64,000 bases of DNA from the NCBI GenBank assembly GCA_002189035.1, contig NEEC01000011.1:1116001-1180000 (forward strand), read 5' to 3'. The notes under the pieces are model-generated. The model was not told the DNA's origin and did no database searches. It saw only the letters and a list, made by a program, of their open reading frames with translations. Source of the DNA: Utricularia gibba (Eukaryota; Plantae; Magnoliophyta). Shown here piece after piece: positions 51,836 to 64,000 of the stretch. Positions within the stretch are counted from its first letter, which is position 1. Each line of letters opens with the position of its first letter. The translations under genes were made by a program, and so were the position numbers.

Positions 51836-53343
51836 CAAAACTAATTCTAAAGCAAACTACTAATTTAATTTGAAACTCATTACCTAACACCCATCTTAAA
51901 TAAAACACATTTCAGAACTATCATTAAAACATCTACCATACACCACCAAAAAATAAATATTAAACCCTAAATATGGATACCCAAAACCCTATATTTTAAA
52001 ATTAAGGTGTATAAACATTATAACCTAAATTGCAAACAAGAAACCATAAATCCTGAATTTTAAACTCTGAATCTTATCTTTTAAAATTTAATGTTGATTC
52101 AAACTTTTCAAACTCATAATATTCGTTGTTGATACTCATAAAATTAATCCACAAAAAGATTCAATCTTCTCCTTAGGCCATTCTGCAAATTAAAAAGAAA
52201 AATGGAGTATTCTGCAAAACTTTAAAAAGTATTTTATCAAAAGCTAAATGATATAGATGATGTGGTCACAAAAATGAAGGTCTAATCTTTTGATGTGTTG
52301 TTACGTAGCCCGGCTGGAACAATGAAGTGGGCACAACCAATTTGGGCTTTCATTACCTTTTTAATTTCTTATTATTTTCATTTTTTTATATTATAAACAT
52401 CAAGTAATGCATTTATAAGTTTTTGAGGTGTTAAAACTTAAAATATCGTTTTGTAATTTATATGTATATAAACTATTCTGCAAAAAGTGTGCAATTTTAT
52501 AATTAACTAGCAAAATATGTGTTACATGGAGGGAAAAATAACATTTGTTATGAGATTTATGAATATTAGAGAGATTTTTTAAAAAGAAATAAAGCAAGCA
52601 AACATAAGATAATAATAAAAAGTAAGAAAAACTGAAGATACTCTACACAAAAGAAAGATTTCATTAAGATTATGCTAGAGAAAAAGAAAATTAGGCCCAA
52701 TTCTAAAAATATTAGCCATGGAGCTTATTTGGCAAATGACCCAATGAGTAAAAATTCTCTTTTCCTTTATCTTACTTCATTATATACTTGCGAAAAAAGG
52801 TATAGATAGGATTGGACTTTCCCGTGAGTGAAAATGACTCACATTTGATGGCTAATTTCTCGTGAGGTGAGAAGCTATCACTAAAAACATAGAACTAATA
52901 TTATGAATAGCAAAGTTCATATAATGTCAAATTAAATATAAAATAAATAATATGAATAAAAAATTTCTAAATATAAACATCAATCACAACATAAACGAAA
53001 AATGAATAACTAAAAAACATTTTCATCCATATCATCAAATTCATTGTTATCAAAAAAATCAAATGATTTCATCCTTATCAACTATATCTTTCTGGATTTT
53101 ACTCTTCTTCATTTTCATCATTCTCATCAAAACCCTTCTTATGTGGAAGTCTGAATCAAATTGGATCAATTTTTTCACGTTCTCATATAGACGTCTTCGT
53201 GCTCTATTGAATCTTTCATAGATAAGCTTACCTGATCTATGATGTTTAAAATGGTTCCTTATATTAAAATGAAGCTACAAAATAAAATATATGCACATAA
53301 TAATTAAATAAATGAAACATTTGATGGATGGTAATTTCTCTAG

Positions 53344-53532
53344 ATGTCGCAATCTAAAAATTTTGTGTATAAAAAACATTTGTATATTGAACATGAGATC
53401 CAAAAAATATTCTACATAAAAATAAATAGATTAGTTGTAAGTTCAAGTCGATGGCCTAACCATAGCACGAAAAAGGCAACTTGGGAGATTGAATCTGAGA
53501 TACTAATAACATACAAATTTTCATGTTTTTAA
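53344..53532 (+). mobile_element. Chromovirus (Ty3/gypsy) integrase chromodomain fragment
   Basis: RWPNHSTKKATWEIESEILITY resembles VxWxNHxxEEATWExExxMxxxYPxLF. Confidence 0.6.
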
Positions 53533-53879
53533 AATATAAAAATCATTACGGTATTTCGTTATATGAGTGTTTAATATATTATTTTTAAGTATTTTGCAAT
53601 ACCTTAGGTAACAATTGTGATTTTATGTGTATGCAGACTAATGTAGTATTCTGTAAAACTTTTACAGTTTACTTTTATTTCTGTAGATATACTTTTGAAA
53701 AGTACAAGCAGAGCCAACAAAACCAAAAATAGATTCTAGTGTTCTAAATAAATTTTTTACTTTTGAAATTAATTTATTTTAATTTGTAATATCCATTATC
53801 TTTAATTAGTTATATTCAAAAGATTAATTCATTAGGTTAGAAATCTTAAAATACAATCAGAGTTGAAAATAACATAGTT

Positions 53880-56460
53880 GTTAGGCTCTTATATGCCAAA
53901 ACCTCCAAAGTTGATCACAAATTGCATCATTAATGATTTCCATTGAATTTCTTTGTGTAGTGTCTTCACTTTTTTTGATTGGATCATCATCAGCTTGTTA
54001 CAATGAATTTGGGTCATTGTATTCACTTAGATCATGCCCATCATCTTCTGCATTAACTTGCCAAAGAAAATTATGAATGACCATAATTGCAGCAACGAAA
54101 CACACTTGATCGCATAGTTTCAAGTTGTAAGACATGTCATTGACAATGTAAAAAATACTTTTTCCACATACCAAATGATCCTTCAATGATTGAACATAGA
54201 ATGCCTATGGTTAAACAACTCTTCAGGTCGACTTTATCCACGTCTTGAGCATTGAAATTCTGTTAAATGGCAGCACGTTCTACGATATGGTGCCATATAA
54301 CCCGTTGTGTTGGAAGAATCAACATTAACTAAATAATATTTTCCATTGATTACAAAGTTTGACAAGTAAGGTTATATCAAATATTACAGTGTGAAATGCT
54401 TGATTCATAGAGAAGTACCTGGTGGTGAATGTTGGAAATCATTCTTTTAGCATCCTACTATCATTTATGATTCCTTCATATCCTACAGCAACAAAAATGA
54501 ACCACATATTGAAATCAAAAACTGTCAAAATGTTCTGAGTATGAACCCTTTTTTTTCCAATGTAGTGCACTTTTTATTCAGTCGAAACACATGCTTTTAT
54601 ACGAGTCCCATCTATGGCTCCAACACAACCTTAAAAAAAATGTAAAATAGCAAGTTTTGTTCCTAATATATGTGGAACCAAACATGTGTTGTTCAAATTA
54701 TTCTCGGTAAAGACATCATTTGAGTCATTTTTTCCTTTAGTCCAAGTGAAGGATGTTTTTATTGTTCTTCCAATCTCATGTATGTCCGGCCCATTTGGGT
54801 TGGGCTGCATTATCTAACTATTCTGCAAAGTTCTTATGAGTACAGGGGCAAAACAAGAATAATAGGTCTGAGTGCTCAGGAAGGATAAGGAAAGTTGGCG
54901 AAAAAGAGTGTAAAAATCTCACAACGAATGCAGCTAACTACAACTAGCATGCGAGACTTGTGTGAATAAAGAAAGTAAAAGATTTGTTGCCTATATAATT
55001 CCATACTCTGTAGAATATTTGGGGGCGAGCTCTTCTTTGGAGACTGCTTTTGGTTCAAGGATCCGTTTTCTTGCGGGAGATTTTCTCTCTAAGAGTGTTT
55101 TTGTGATTGAAGTGGAAGAGAAGATGAAGGAGAGGCATTCCACCGTGGGGACTGATTTCTGACATCAAAAGTCCAACTGAGACCTGAATGAAAGAGAAGG
55201 AGGCTTGGGAACCTGTAGTCTTAGAAGAAGAAGACAGGGAGAACACAAGAATTAGATAATCAAACAAACATTTTACTTTTCACGTAAATCTTAGTTCTTG
55301 CACCATATTTAGTGAATATGCGCATTTCGTGCTCTTAATGTTCAACATGTTCAAATGCTTTCATCATCTAATTTACATACTCTATTATCTGCTTTTAGTT
55401 TAGAAAACAAAGAAATCTTTTATCAATTTAAATTAGAGTAGAAACTTATTTCTAGAAACCCCCCATTTAATACAGCTTACACATATGACCAGCAACTTAA
55501 AATCGTTTACTCTTTGTTGATCGACGTGGAATTAATGCTGCTATATTAACTTTTTTGGAAATGAAATGTGGTTTATTTGTTCACTTTACAAATTACTTTT
55601 GATGAGAAAAACCTTTAGACTTGCGATATTTTTGGAATTTGTCATCTGTCAAATGGAAACCTTACAATGTTCTAATGGAAAATTAACATACACTCTAGTA
55701 GACAAACAACATCTAATAGAAAAACTGATCAAATCTACTTATTGAATCATTTTGATTTGAGCAAGCAAGACTGGGTGAAAATGTATCCGCGTTCTTTGAA
55801 GATGCATGCACAATCCAAGTATAACGGTCCTCATTATCATCAATTAAAAGGAAAATTTTCCTATGGCGTGCTCAGCAAAACAAATCCAAAGCTAGAAGGC
55901 ATAAGTCGCTTCGAACAATATTTGTAGTGTTTTACTCTTTTATATACTTTGCAATGGAATATATTTCCTTTTTGCATGCAGCTGCAGACTATCTCATATG
56001 CCTTCGCCAATGATCGTGAAGATTCAGCTATAAAATCACTATTTCTATGATGAGTCTTAAGCTTCTTCTCAGTTGATGGTTGTGCTAGAGGCATAAGAGC
56101 ATCATTTAAAAACTCTGCTACAATTAGATCATTTATTTGTAAAGCATATAAGGATGAACCGTTAGCCAACCCGTTATCTATTGAGTCACCACTTCCATGT
56201 AGCTCAACCCATCTTAAACCCGCATTTGGTATCTAGTGCTTTGGAGCATATCCAATCAAAAAATCAAAGATCTTTTCTATCATTGCGGGAAACATAGACG
56301 GTGTATCCTTAAACTCCTTTGCCTTTGAGCTTTCCTATCATGATTCAAACAATTTAAATAAAACCAGCTTTTCTAATTTCATTGGCGAAAACATATTTAC
56401 ATATGGAATCATCTTTTAAAATATCATGGACAAAACTGCAAAAAAAAAAAAAAAAGACAT
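53880..56460 (-). mobile_element. PIF/Harbinger element remnant (DDE transposase plus upstream Myb/SANT-like ORF)
   Basis: GCVGAIDGTR at ~54605-54635 and LKDHLVCGK...MSYNLKLCDQVCFVAAIMVIHNFL at 54000-54190. A Myb-like remnant lies at ~55750-56350. TIRs not found, so boundaries are approximate. Confidence 0.75.
54783..55270. mobile_element. Solo-LTR-like insertion within the Harbinger transposase
   Basis: TG...CA ends and GC-richer composition, interrupting transposase-like sequence. TSD not convincing. Confidence 0.4.
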
Positions 56461-58954
56461 ACTATCTTCATGTGATGAAAAACTACCAATAATTGCATAT
56501 AAGATGAAAAGGTAACATAATACTTAATAAAACTATCAATAATACATCATAATATTCTAAAACTTCCTTCTCCCTTAACATATTATATCTATTTCAATTG
56601 AAATTGCATCTTGAACTTTAATGTTAAATACTAGTTTCTCTAATGTTCTGTACAATCCATTCAGAACCTCCTTATCTTGCTATATATCAGGTTTAGCATG
56701 AACGAATTGAAGATTCAAAAAAAGTCCAGCTTCATGAAAAGGTATATGGAGTTGAATTTTCCAATGATGATCAATACTTTTTTCTACCTACATTTTTGTA
56801 CTTAAAAGAAGCAGTAATGTGCTCCTTTGCAGGATCCATTGCTTCACGAATATATCCAATTGCAGGCCTCCGTCAATTGATTGAAGAACATGGATTTGAG
56901 GACCAGCTATTTTAATGGCATATTTCACATGATTCTAAAACGTAGTAGGTGTAATGATCATTGCTACTATTTTTTTCCCCGATTGGCTCCTTTGAAACCC
57001 TGGCGTCATTATATGCATTAGATGTAACCATCTTCTTCAACTTGCTTCTAGGAACCACAAAGCTGTTGCAAAATGAGATTTTGCCATTCTTTTCATTTCA
57101 TGCTTCTTTGTAAAAAAGAGCAACATATTTAAAAAAAGTAGATGAATCCATTGAAAGCCACTCTATAAAGATATACTTTCTTCAAATTTGTAGTTTCCCA
57201 GTAAATGAATAAATTATTGGATATAAATTTGAAAAAATTTGATATTATACAGCATGTAATTACTTGAAAACCATATTCTTGACCAACTTCACTAATAAAC
57301 TTGTACAATAATTTAAATAGTTAATCACTCATGTGAGAATAGCTTGAAATGTCCATTAACTTCTTAAAAATACTTTAAAAATTTATTAATTATATTGTTC
57401 TTCTATCATTCCAATTATGATCCATCAAGCTACATCTATATTTTTTTTTTCAAAAATTTTATCCTCAAGTCTTTTTTTCTATGGTGTTATCCACTTTCTT
57501 CTTCAAATGTGTAACTCTTAGCTCATGATAGAATGAGAGCTTCATATTTTTTCATAATTTCCAATAGCGTGTACCACAAATGCAACACTATTATATTTTA
57601 CAGCACTGAAAGGAATTTCAGCATTATAAATCCTATATAAAAGACTTTTTGCTACATTTCTCATACCTTTTATAAACATTACTTTCACTTACCTCATGAT
57701 CGATCTTGTTTTTGAAAATATTTGATATATTATCTTGGTTTTCAACGTATTCAATTCCCCTACATTATCTTTTTTTTATTTGATTATGATATACTTGTAT
57801 TATTTGATCCAACATTCATATATGGTGGCATAAACTCTACATCTTCATGTAGTATGTCCACCTTATCAAGATGAGGATTAACAACAATTATATTGGATGC
57901 TTCAGCCATTTTTTTATGTACTACCTTATCCCATTTATAATATTTTTAGGACATTTCAGACAATCTATTGTATATGTATAGCCTCCGACAAGATATTTGT
58001 TGAAACTAAAAATTCAGAGATTGCACTGCATTTATATCATTAGAATTCGGCAGAGAATCATGACATCAAGTAGCATTTTTTCAATTTGAAGTGTAAAAAG
58101 AGATGATTAAGAATCATTCCAATTGATCTAAAGATAAAGGATTGATGATGGAAAAGTGGCTGCTGTTCACAAAAGAAAAAATGACCTAAAACTCTTTGAA
58201 AAAGCTAACTAACAGAAGTTTTTCCTTCATAAATCATCCTAGATCACCTCTTGCGGCTGTTTATGGGCCTGAAGTGCTCTGGGCATGCACCTACAGCAAT
58301 GCTCTCTCCCGAAAAAAAGAAATTATACACCATCGCCTCATCACTTCTTGTGTGAGGTGTGTGCCTCAAGTGGCTTTGATAACCATGGACTTGGCCCTTG
58401 ATGATAACCATTTTGAGGCACTCATCTTACTCATCTTGACTTTTACCTTTCACTATCACTTCTTTATACTTGAGAGCTCCTTACTACATTTTTCAACTAA
58501 TGGTGCATCTGGTTTCCTTTGTGCTGATAATGGTTGTTTCATAACTTGAAAAAAGAAATACTTATTGTACTGAAAGCATCATTTAAATAATCTCTTTTCT
58601 CTAATCCATTATTATCATGTCTATCTAAAAGACATATGATTGCATAACCTTCAAACATGAGTTACAAATGATTTTCTCTTTTCTTTTCTCCTATTTTCCC
58701 TTTATTAGGCTCAAATGTTACCATGTTCCCTTAGCAAATTCCCCTTATGCAAGTTCAAGTATTGTTTTGGAAAGAGAAAATATTGAAATATACCTTCCTA
58801 AGTCCTCACAATTATCATAGGCAATTCATGTATGTGGTTGTGTTATATTATGAGTGTTAGCTTGCATTCCAATTTTCTTGTTAATCATTTTGTATTTAAG
58901 TAAGTAAATAAAAGAACATGGTGTTTACATGGTTTTGCACTAGGTATGAGTATA

Positions 58955-60745
58955 CCACAATTCTATGACACACTAACCAAAGTGGTATCTGAATTACAGA
59001 CCTTAGGAGAAGCAGTGGATGATAGAAGCGTCAAATCTAAGATACTCAGTTCTCTACCTCGTTCATATGGACCCGTAGTTACAGCTCTTTGAGTCACGAG
59101 CATCCACTCTATATCGTCAAAGAAATTATTGGAACGCCTAGGAGAATCTGAAGAGGAAGTCGGACAGGGTACTAAACTGGACGTTGCCTTCAATGGAATG
59201 CTGAACGTGTCTCAAAATTTCTTGTCATCTGGAGGCCAAGGTAGAGCATTAACTCCACAAAGCATGCGACACTAGGAACCTATGTTGCAAATATCCAAAG
59301 CCGAAAAGTCGAATGCCCAGATGGCATGCCCCTTTTGCAAGAAGAATAACCACCTACCTTCCTCCTACTTTTGGCATCTTGATGCTTCTTGTGCCTATTG
59401 CAGCCTCAAAGGGCATATTGAGCATGTGTGCCCTCTGAAAAATTTCCATGCTCTAGGTGGTATTGCAATGGACACCAAGCAGATCAACACCTCAAATGAT
59501 GTGAACACCTGCGTTAATTCAAACAAGAAGAACATTGAGCTCTATACCTTGTATCAAAACTCTCAAGGCAGTGCTTCACTGATTTGAGGAAACACAACAT
59601 CTGGCTGCTGGACAGTGGGTGCTCTCATCACATCACTAATGATTCGAGCACATTCTCCAGCTACACAATAATGACTAGAAAATCTATAGTAGTTGCTGAT
59701 GGAAAACACATGCAAATAAAGGGGCTCGGGACAGTGTGCTTAGAGACCCCTCAAATGCTGGTGAAAATAAAGGATGTATATTCTGTTCCGGAGGCTTTCC
59801 ACAATCTACTCAGTGCAGGCCAATTGGTTCAAGGGGGCTTCCAAATACTACTAGAAGGGAACACTTGTGTAATAAAGGACTCAGGCATGAACACTTTCTG
59901 TCCGTTGCTATGTCTAATCGGATATTTCCTGTGGACTTCTCTAATTGCCTCGAACTCTGTCTATCTACTAAGGAACACTCTAAATTATGGCATCAACGAC
60001 TAGGGTATCCTCATTCCCAAACTACTACATTGCTACATCGGAAAGGTCTAGCTGAGGGAATTCCAGACTTACCTGTGAATGGAGAAATTTGCAGAATTTG
60101 CCATCAATGCAAGATGACCAAGGCTCCCTTCCCGGAAACTAGCATCCACTCTGGGAGTAAGCTGGAAGTAGTCACAAGTGATGTTTGCGGACCAATGCGA
60201 GTTCCTACCAGATCAGGCAACAAGTACTACGTCATATTCGTCGATGAATATTCGAAATACACTTGGGTCTATATTCTGAAAGAAAAATCGGAAGTTGTTC
60301 ACTATTTCTCCATATTTAAAGTAGTGGCAGAAGCTCAAAGCAGAAGGAAAATAATTACCTTAAGCTCAGACAATGGGGGAGAATATACATCCATTGAGTT
60401 GAAAAATATATATGAAATTCATGGGATCACTCACCAATTTACAGCCCCTTATACACCTGAGCAAAACGGAATATGCGAAAGGAAAAATAGGACAATCATG
60501 AATATGGCCCACTGTTTATTGAAAGAACACAATCTACCATTATGCTTCTGGGGAGAAGCAGTCAACAATGCTGTCTACCTCCTAAATAGACTGCCAACTA
60601 AAGAGGCTTCAGGACATTCGCCATTTGAGCTCTGGTTCGGTAAATCACCAAAACTAGACCATCTCAAAGTGTTCGGATCGCTCTGCTACATCCTCATACC
60701 TAAAGGAAAACGGACTAAATTAGACGATCAATCCAACTTTTTTAA
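58955..60745 (+). mobile_element. Ty1/copia gag-protease-integrase fragment
   Basis: gag (LQTLGEAVDDRSVKSKILSSLPRSY), zinc knuckle CAYCSLKGHIEHVC, protease WLLDSGCSHH, and the integrase ORF 59736-60809 (LWHQRLGY, SDVCGPM, FVDEYSKYTWVYILKEKSE, YTPEQNGICERKNRT). Truncated after the integrase. Confidence 0.92.
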
Positions 60746-60801
60746 AATAAATATTGATTTACATTCTTTTTTATCAAAATTTAATATTATTATACCTATA
60801 A

Positions 60802-63800
60802 TGTTCTAAAACTTTTCAATTGACATCACAAATCTACTAGCTAAAATCACTAAGGATGATGAACACTTATGCATATATAGGGGACAAAGCTTCTGCCTTT
60901 TACAATTGGTTTCTACCATCAACTTCCTTTTGAAAAGGAGAGAATGGCCTATATTTCAGACCTTCTCAAGGTGCATCCCTATGTGCAAATGGGCTGCCTG
61001 ATGGATGTCTTAACCTACGTCGAAACAATGGGGCTAACTGATTCAATAATAATACACATGAACTCATATCATAATTAACAAACTTCCTCTTATGGTTTTA
61101 GTTCATCCTATTTTCGAAACATTCTCACCATTAAGTGCATTTTTCTCTAGCAAATCATATTCCCTATTCTTGCCAAACATGATTTCCTGCAGTCTAAGTA
61201 GGTCCATTAGAGCTGTGAACCTAGTTGAGCACAAAGGCTTAGTCAAACTATCAACTACATTTTCTTCAGACAATATCTTTTCCACTATAACAGATTCGTT
61301 CTCTATTATGTCTCTAATAAAGTGATAATGTACATCAATATGCTTTACTTTGTTGTGAAAAACGGGGTCTTTTGCCAAGAAAATAGCACTTTAGCTATCA
61401 CATCTTGGTTTTATAACTACATCTAGTAGACCAATTTCTGTGAACAAGCCTTTCAGCCACATAGCTTCCTTGAGAGCTTCAATCAAAGACATGAACTCAA
61501 TTTCAGTGGTTGAAAGTGGAACTGTTGGCTTTCCAAGAAATAGTTGTTTCAACTGATGTAAACAAAAAGCTTGTAATAGATCTTCTTTGATCAATATCAC
61601 CTACAAAGTCTGCAGCACCGAACCCGAACACTTCTAAAACCTTAGGGCGAAAACTTAGTCCAAACAATTTGGTGCCACCTAAATAGCGCAACACTCATTT
61701 AACTCCCTACCAATCTAGATCAGCCATAAGTCTGTTGATTACACTCACTAGATAAGATAAATATGTCCTAGTACACAGCATACAGTACAAAAGTGATCCC
61801 ACAATATTCAAGTAGGGAATATCTTTCATCAAATTTTGGTGACTGCTCCATAGTCAGCTTGAAGTGTTGTGCTAAGGGTGTGTTTTGGATGAATGCTATC
61901 TAATTGAGGTGAAGACTCTTCTTCACTCTATTTCTACACATATCTATTCCCAATATTCTGCTAGCTTCCCCTAGATCCTTCAGTTTGAATTCATTGGCTA
62001 GTTGTTGTTTTAGATGCTATATCACTTTCAAATCATTTGACACTATGAGCATATCATCAACATAAATCATAAGAAAAATATGAGAAGTGTTTAGATTGCC
62101 CTTGAAAAAAATGTGCTAGAGCCATATTCACTTCTTTGAAAGCTAAGTTTTAACATGAGCATAGCAAACCTTTTATACCATTGTCAAGGGGGTTGTTTTA
62201 AACTATATAAAGCTTTATTTAACTTGAATACCATGTGTTCCTTCCCCTTGATAGTGAAGCCATTAGGCCATCTTGTCATCCTTCTTGCGCAGTTCAAGGT
62301 CCATGACTACAACCATACTCAAAACAAATTGAATTATAGTGAGATTAATAATTGGTGCATAGACATCATTGAAATCTATTCCAAATATCTGGCTGAATCC
62401 CTTGGCAACTAAACATTCTTTGAACCTTACATCCTCTATTTTAAGGATTCCACGCTTAATTGGGTAGATCCATTTTCCTTTTATGACCTGTTTACCCTTT
62501 GATAACTTCCTCAAAATTCATGTATTATCTTTTTTCATTGAGTCCATTTCATCCTCCATTGCAATTCACCATCTTTTAGCATGCTCGCATTTTATAGCAG
62601 CCTAGAAACTACTTGGTTCATTATTATATTATGTTGCATCGACTACACTCAGTGCAAAAGCGAAGCAGTCTACATCGACATGTCATCTTGGTGGATGTAT
62701 TGTCCTTCTTGGTCTACAAGTTGAAATGTATTTTGATTCTATGATGGTATGTTATGTTTCTTGAACATTTGAAGGTGGTTGTTGACTAGTTTCTGGTAGT
62801 TAATGATTGTTATCAAAAGTCAACTCAATTTCTTTATTTTTTTTTATTCTCGAAATTTAGATTGTCTATATCTTCATAAATCGTTTGAAAATACTCTGTC
62901 AGCATATATTCTTCATTAAAGAATGACTCTCCTTAACACAAGACACCACAACTTGTATCCTTTCACTCCTAGTTTGAAACCAATAAATACACATTTGAGG
63001 GCTCATGACTTGAGTTTGCCATTGTCAAGAAGAACATATACTGAAGAGCCAAATATTTTGATGTTCTCATAGTATCTAGCTTCCCCTTTCCATAGGTCCT
63101 AGGGTGTTTTACAATCAATGGCTGTTGAAAGTGCCCTATTGATTAGGACAGTTGTATAAGCAGCAGCTTCTGCCCAGAATCTATTAGGCAATTTGACAGC
63201 AAAAAGCATGCACCTTACTTTTCTCCATAATTGTTTTATTCATCCTTTCTACCACTCTGTTTTGCTGTGGAGTATGCAAGTTTGTCTTGTCTCTAAGAAT
63301 CTCTTATTTCTTGCAATATCATTCAAATTCAAAGGAGCAAAACTCCAAATCATTGTTTGTCCAAAGCTTCTTTACTTATAGGTCAATTTGTTTTTCAAAC
63401 ATATTCTTTTAGTCCTTGAAAGTTTGCAGAGCATCTGATTTATGTCTTAAGAAGAAAATCCACACCTTCCTTGAGTAACCATCTACTATGCTCATGAAGA
63501 AGGTTGCCCTAGAAAATGAAGGAGTAGTTGTACAATCTCACAAATCTGAGTGAACATAAGCAAGTAGACTTTGTGTATTATGTATTTCCTTCTCAAATCC
63601 AACTCTCTTGCTCTTTCCCATAACACAGAGTCACAGAATTCTAGATCGCCAATCTTTTGTCCATTGAGTAGACTACGTATGCTTAAGGTTTTTAGCCCTT
63701 GCTCACTCATGTGACCAAGTCTCAAGTATCAAAATAAGGCATTTTTTTTCATCACGTGGTGTGCTACCTATCATTGTATTGATTTATCTCACTTTAATTA

Positions 63801-64000
63801 TACCTTGCAGAATGTACAATTTAAAAGGCTACCTTACTCCTGTCATTACTATCAATGAGCCATTGCTCACTTAAAGTACCCATTGCTACTACTGAAAGTG
63901 AATTCCTTCTCTAAACTACACAAAGGGATGAGATTTTTCTTGATTCCCGAAACATGTCTGAGACCTTTTAGAGTTTGAGTTACTCCATCATGCATTTTTA
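60802..64000 (-). mobile_element. Ty1/copia (Tork/Tnt1-like) integrase-RT-RNase H with 3' LTR; continues beyond the window
   Basis: MRLGHMSEQGL, GKQVIKGKWIY..FKECLVAKGFSQIFGIDFNDVYAP, ALSTTEIEFMSLIEALKEAMWLKGL, VFHNKVKHIDVHYHFIRD. PPT-like AAGAGGAAGTT precedes TGTTA at 61080; the LTR left end (60802) is tentative. Confidence 0.9.

Larger units (their letters stand above)
52825..58200 (-). mobile_element. hAT transposase, degenerate, split by insertions (body 56500-58200, C-terminus 52825-53340)
   Basis: SIDHHWKIQLHIPFHEAGLFLN...DKEVLNGL...QDAISIEI at 56520-56800, a BED-finger-end-like ILSEA..CLKCP region near 57960-58000, and a C-terminal block matching 32570-33360. Confidence 0.75.

Noticed and set aside
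51955-52040. Telomere-like AAACCCTAAA motifs
   Set aside because: Only one or two scattered imperfect units, not an array.
1-64000. CRISPR arrays, tRNA genes or prokaryotic defence systems
   Set aside because: No regularly spaced repeat-spacer array or tRNA-like structure was seen; spliceosomal introns and plant transposon families show eukaryotic nuclear DNA.

Overview
This is AT-rich plant (eudicot-like) nuclear DNA, mostly decayed transposons and pseudogenes. I can reconstruct one intact gene: a 14-exon PDS5-like gene with a C-terminal Tudor domain (9105-13315, +, 576 aa, all GT-AG introns, frame checked by hand). The backbone is an old multi-kb segment present as three direct copies (~1-5.6 kb, ~25.9-34.2 kb, ~40.75-58.2 kb) plus an inverted partial copy (5.6-7.5 kb). 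Each full copy carries an F-box/LRR-like pseudogene and the 3' end of a hAT transposon, and the copies differ in their inserted material. That material includes a BPC (GAGA-binding) pseudogene and a GTE12-like bromodomain gene with an atypical acetyl-lysine pocket. It also includes a mitochondrial rrn26 fragment and a second F-box/FBD pseudogene pair. A WRI3/4-type AP2 remnant directly precedes the third copy. Several Ty1/copia elements, an Athila-like Ty3/gypsy element, a PIF/Harbinger element, Tourist MITEs and a three-level nest of solo LTRs fill the rest. Unexplained structures are a perfect 59-bp inverted repeat (38933-39088) and a 10-bp palindrome repeated five times in the Athila element. 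Family assignments come from manual translation and remembered motifs, not database searches, and many boundaries are approximate.
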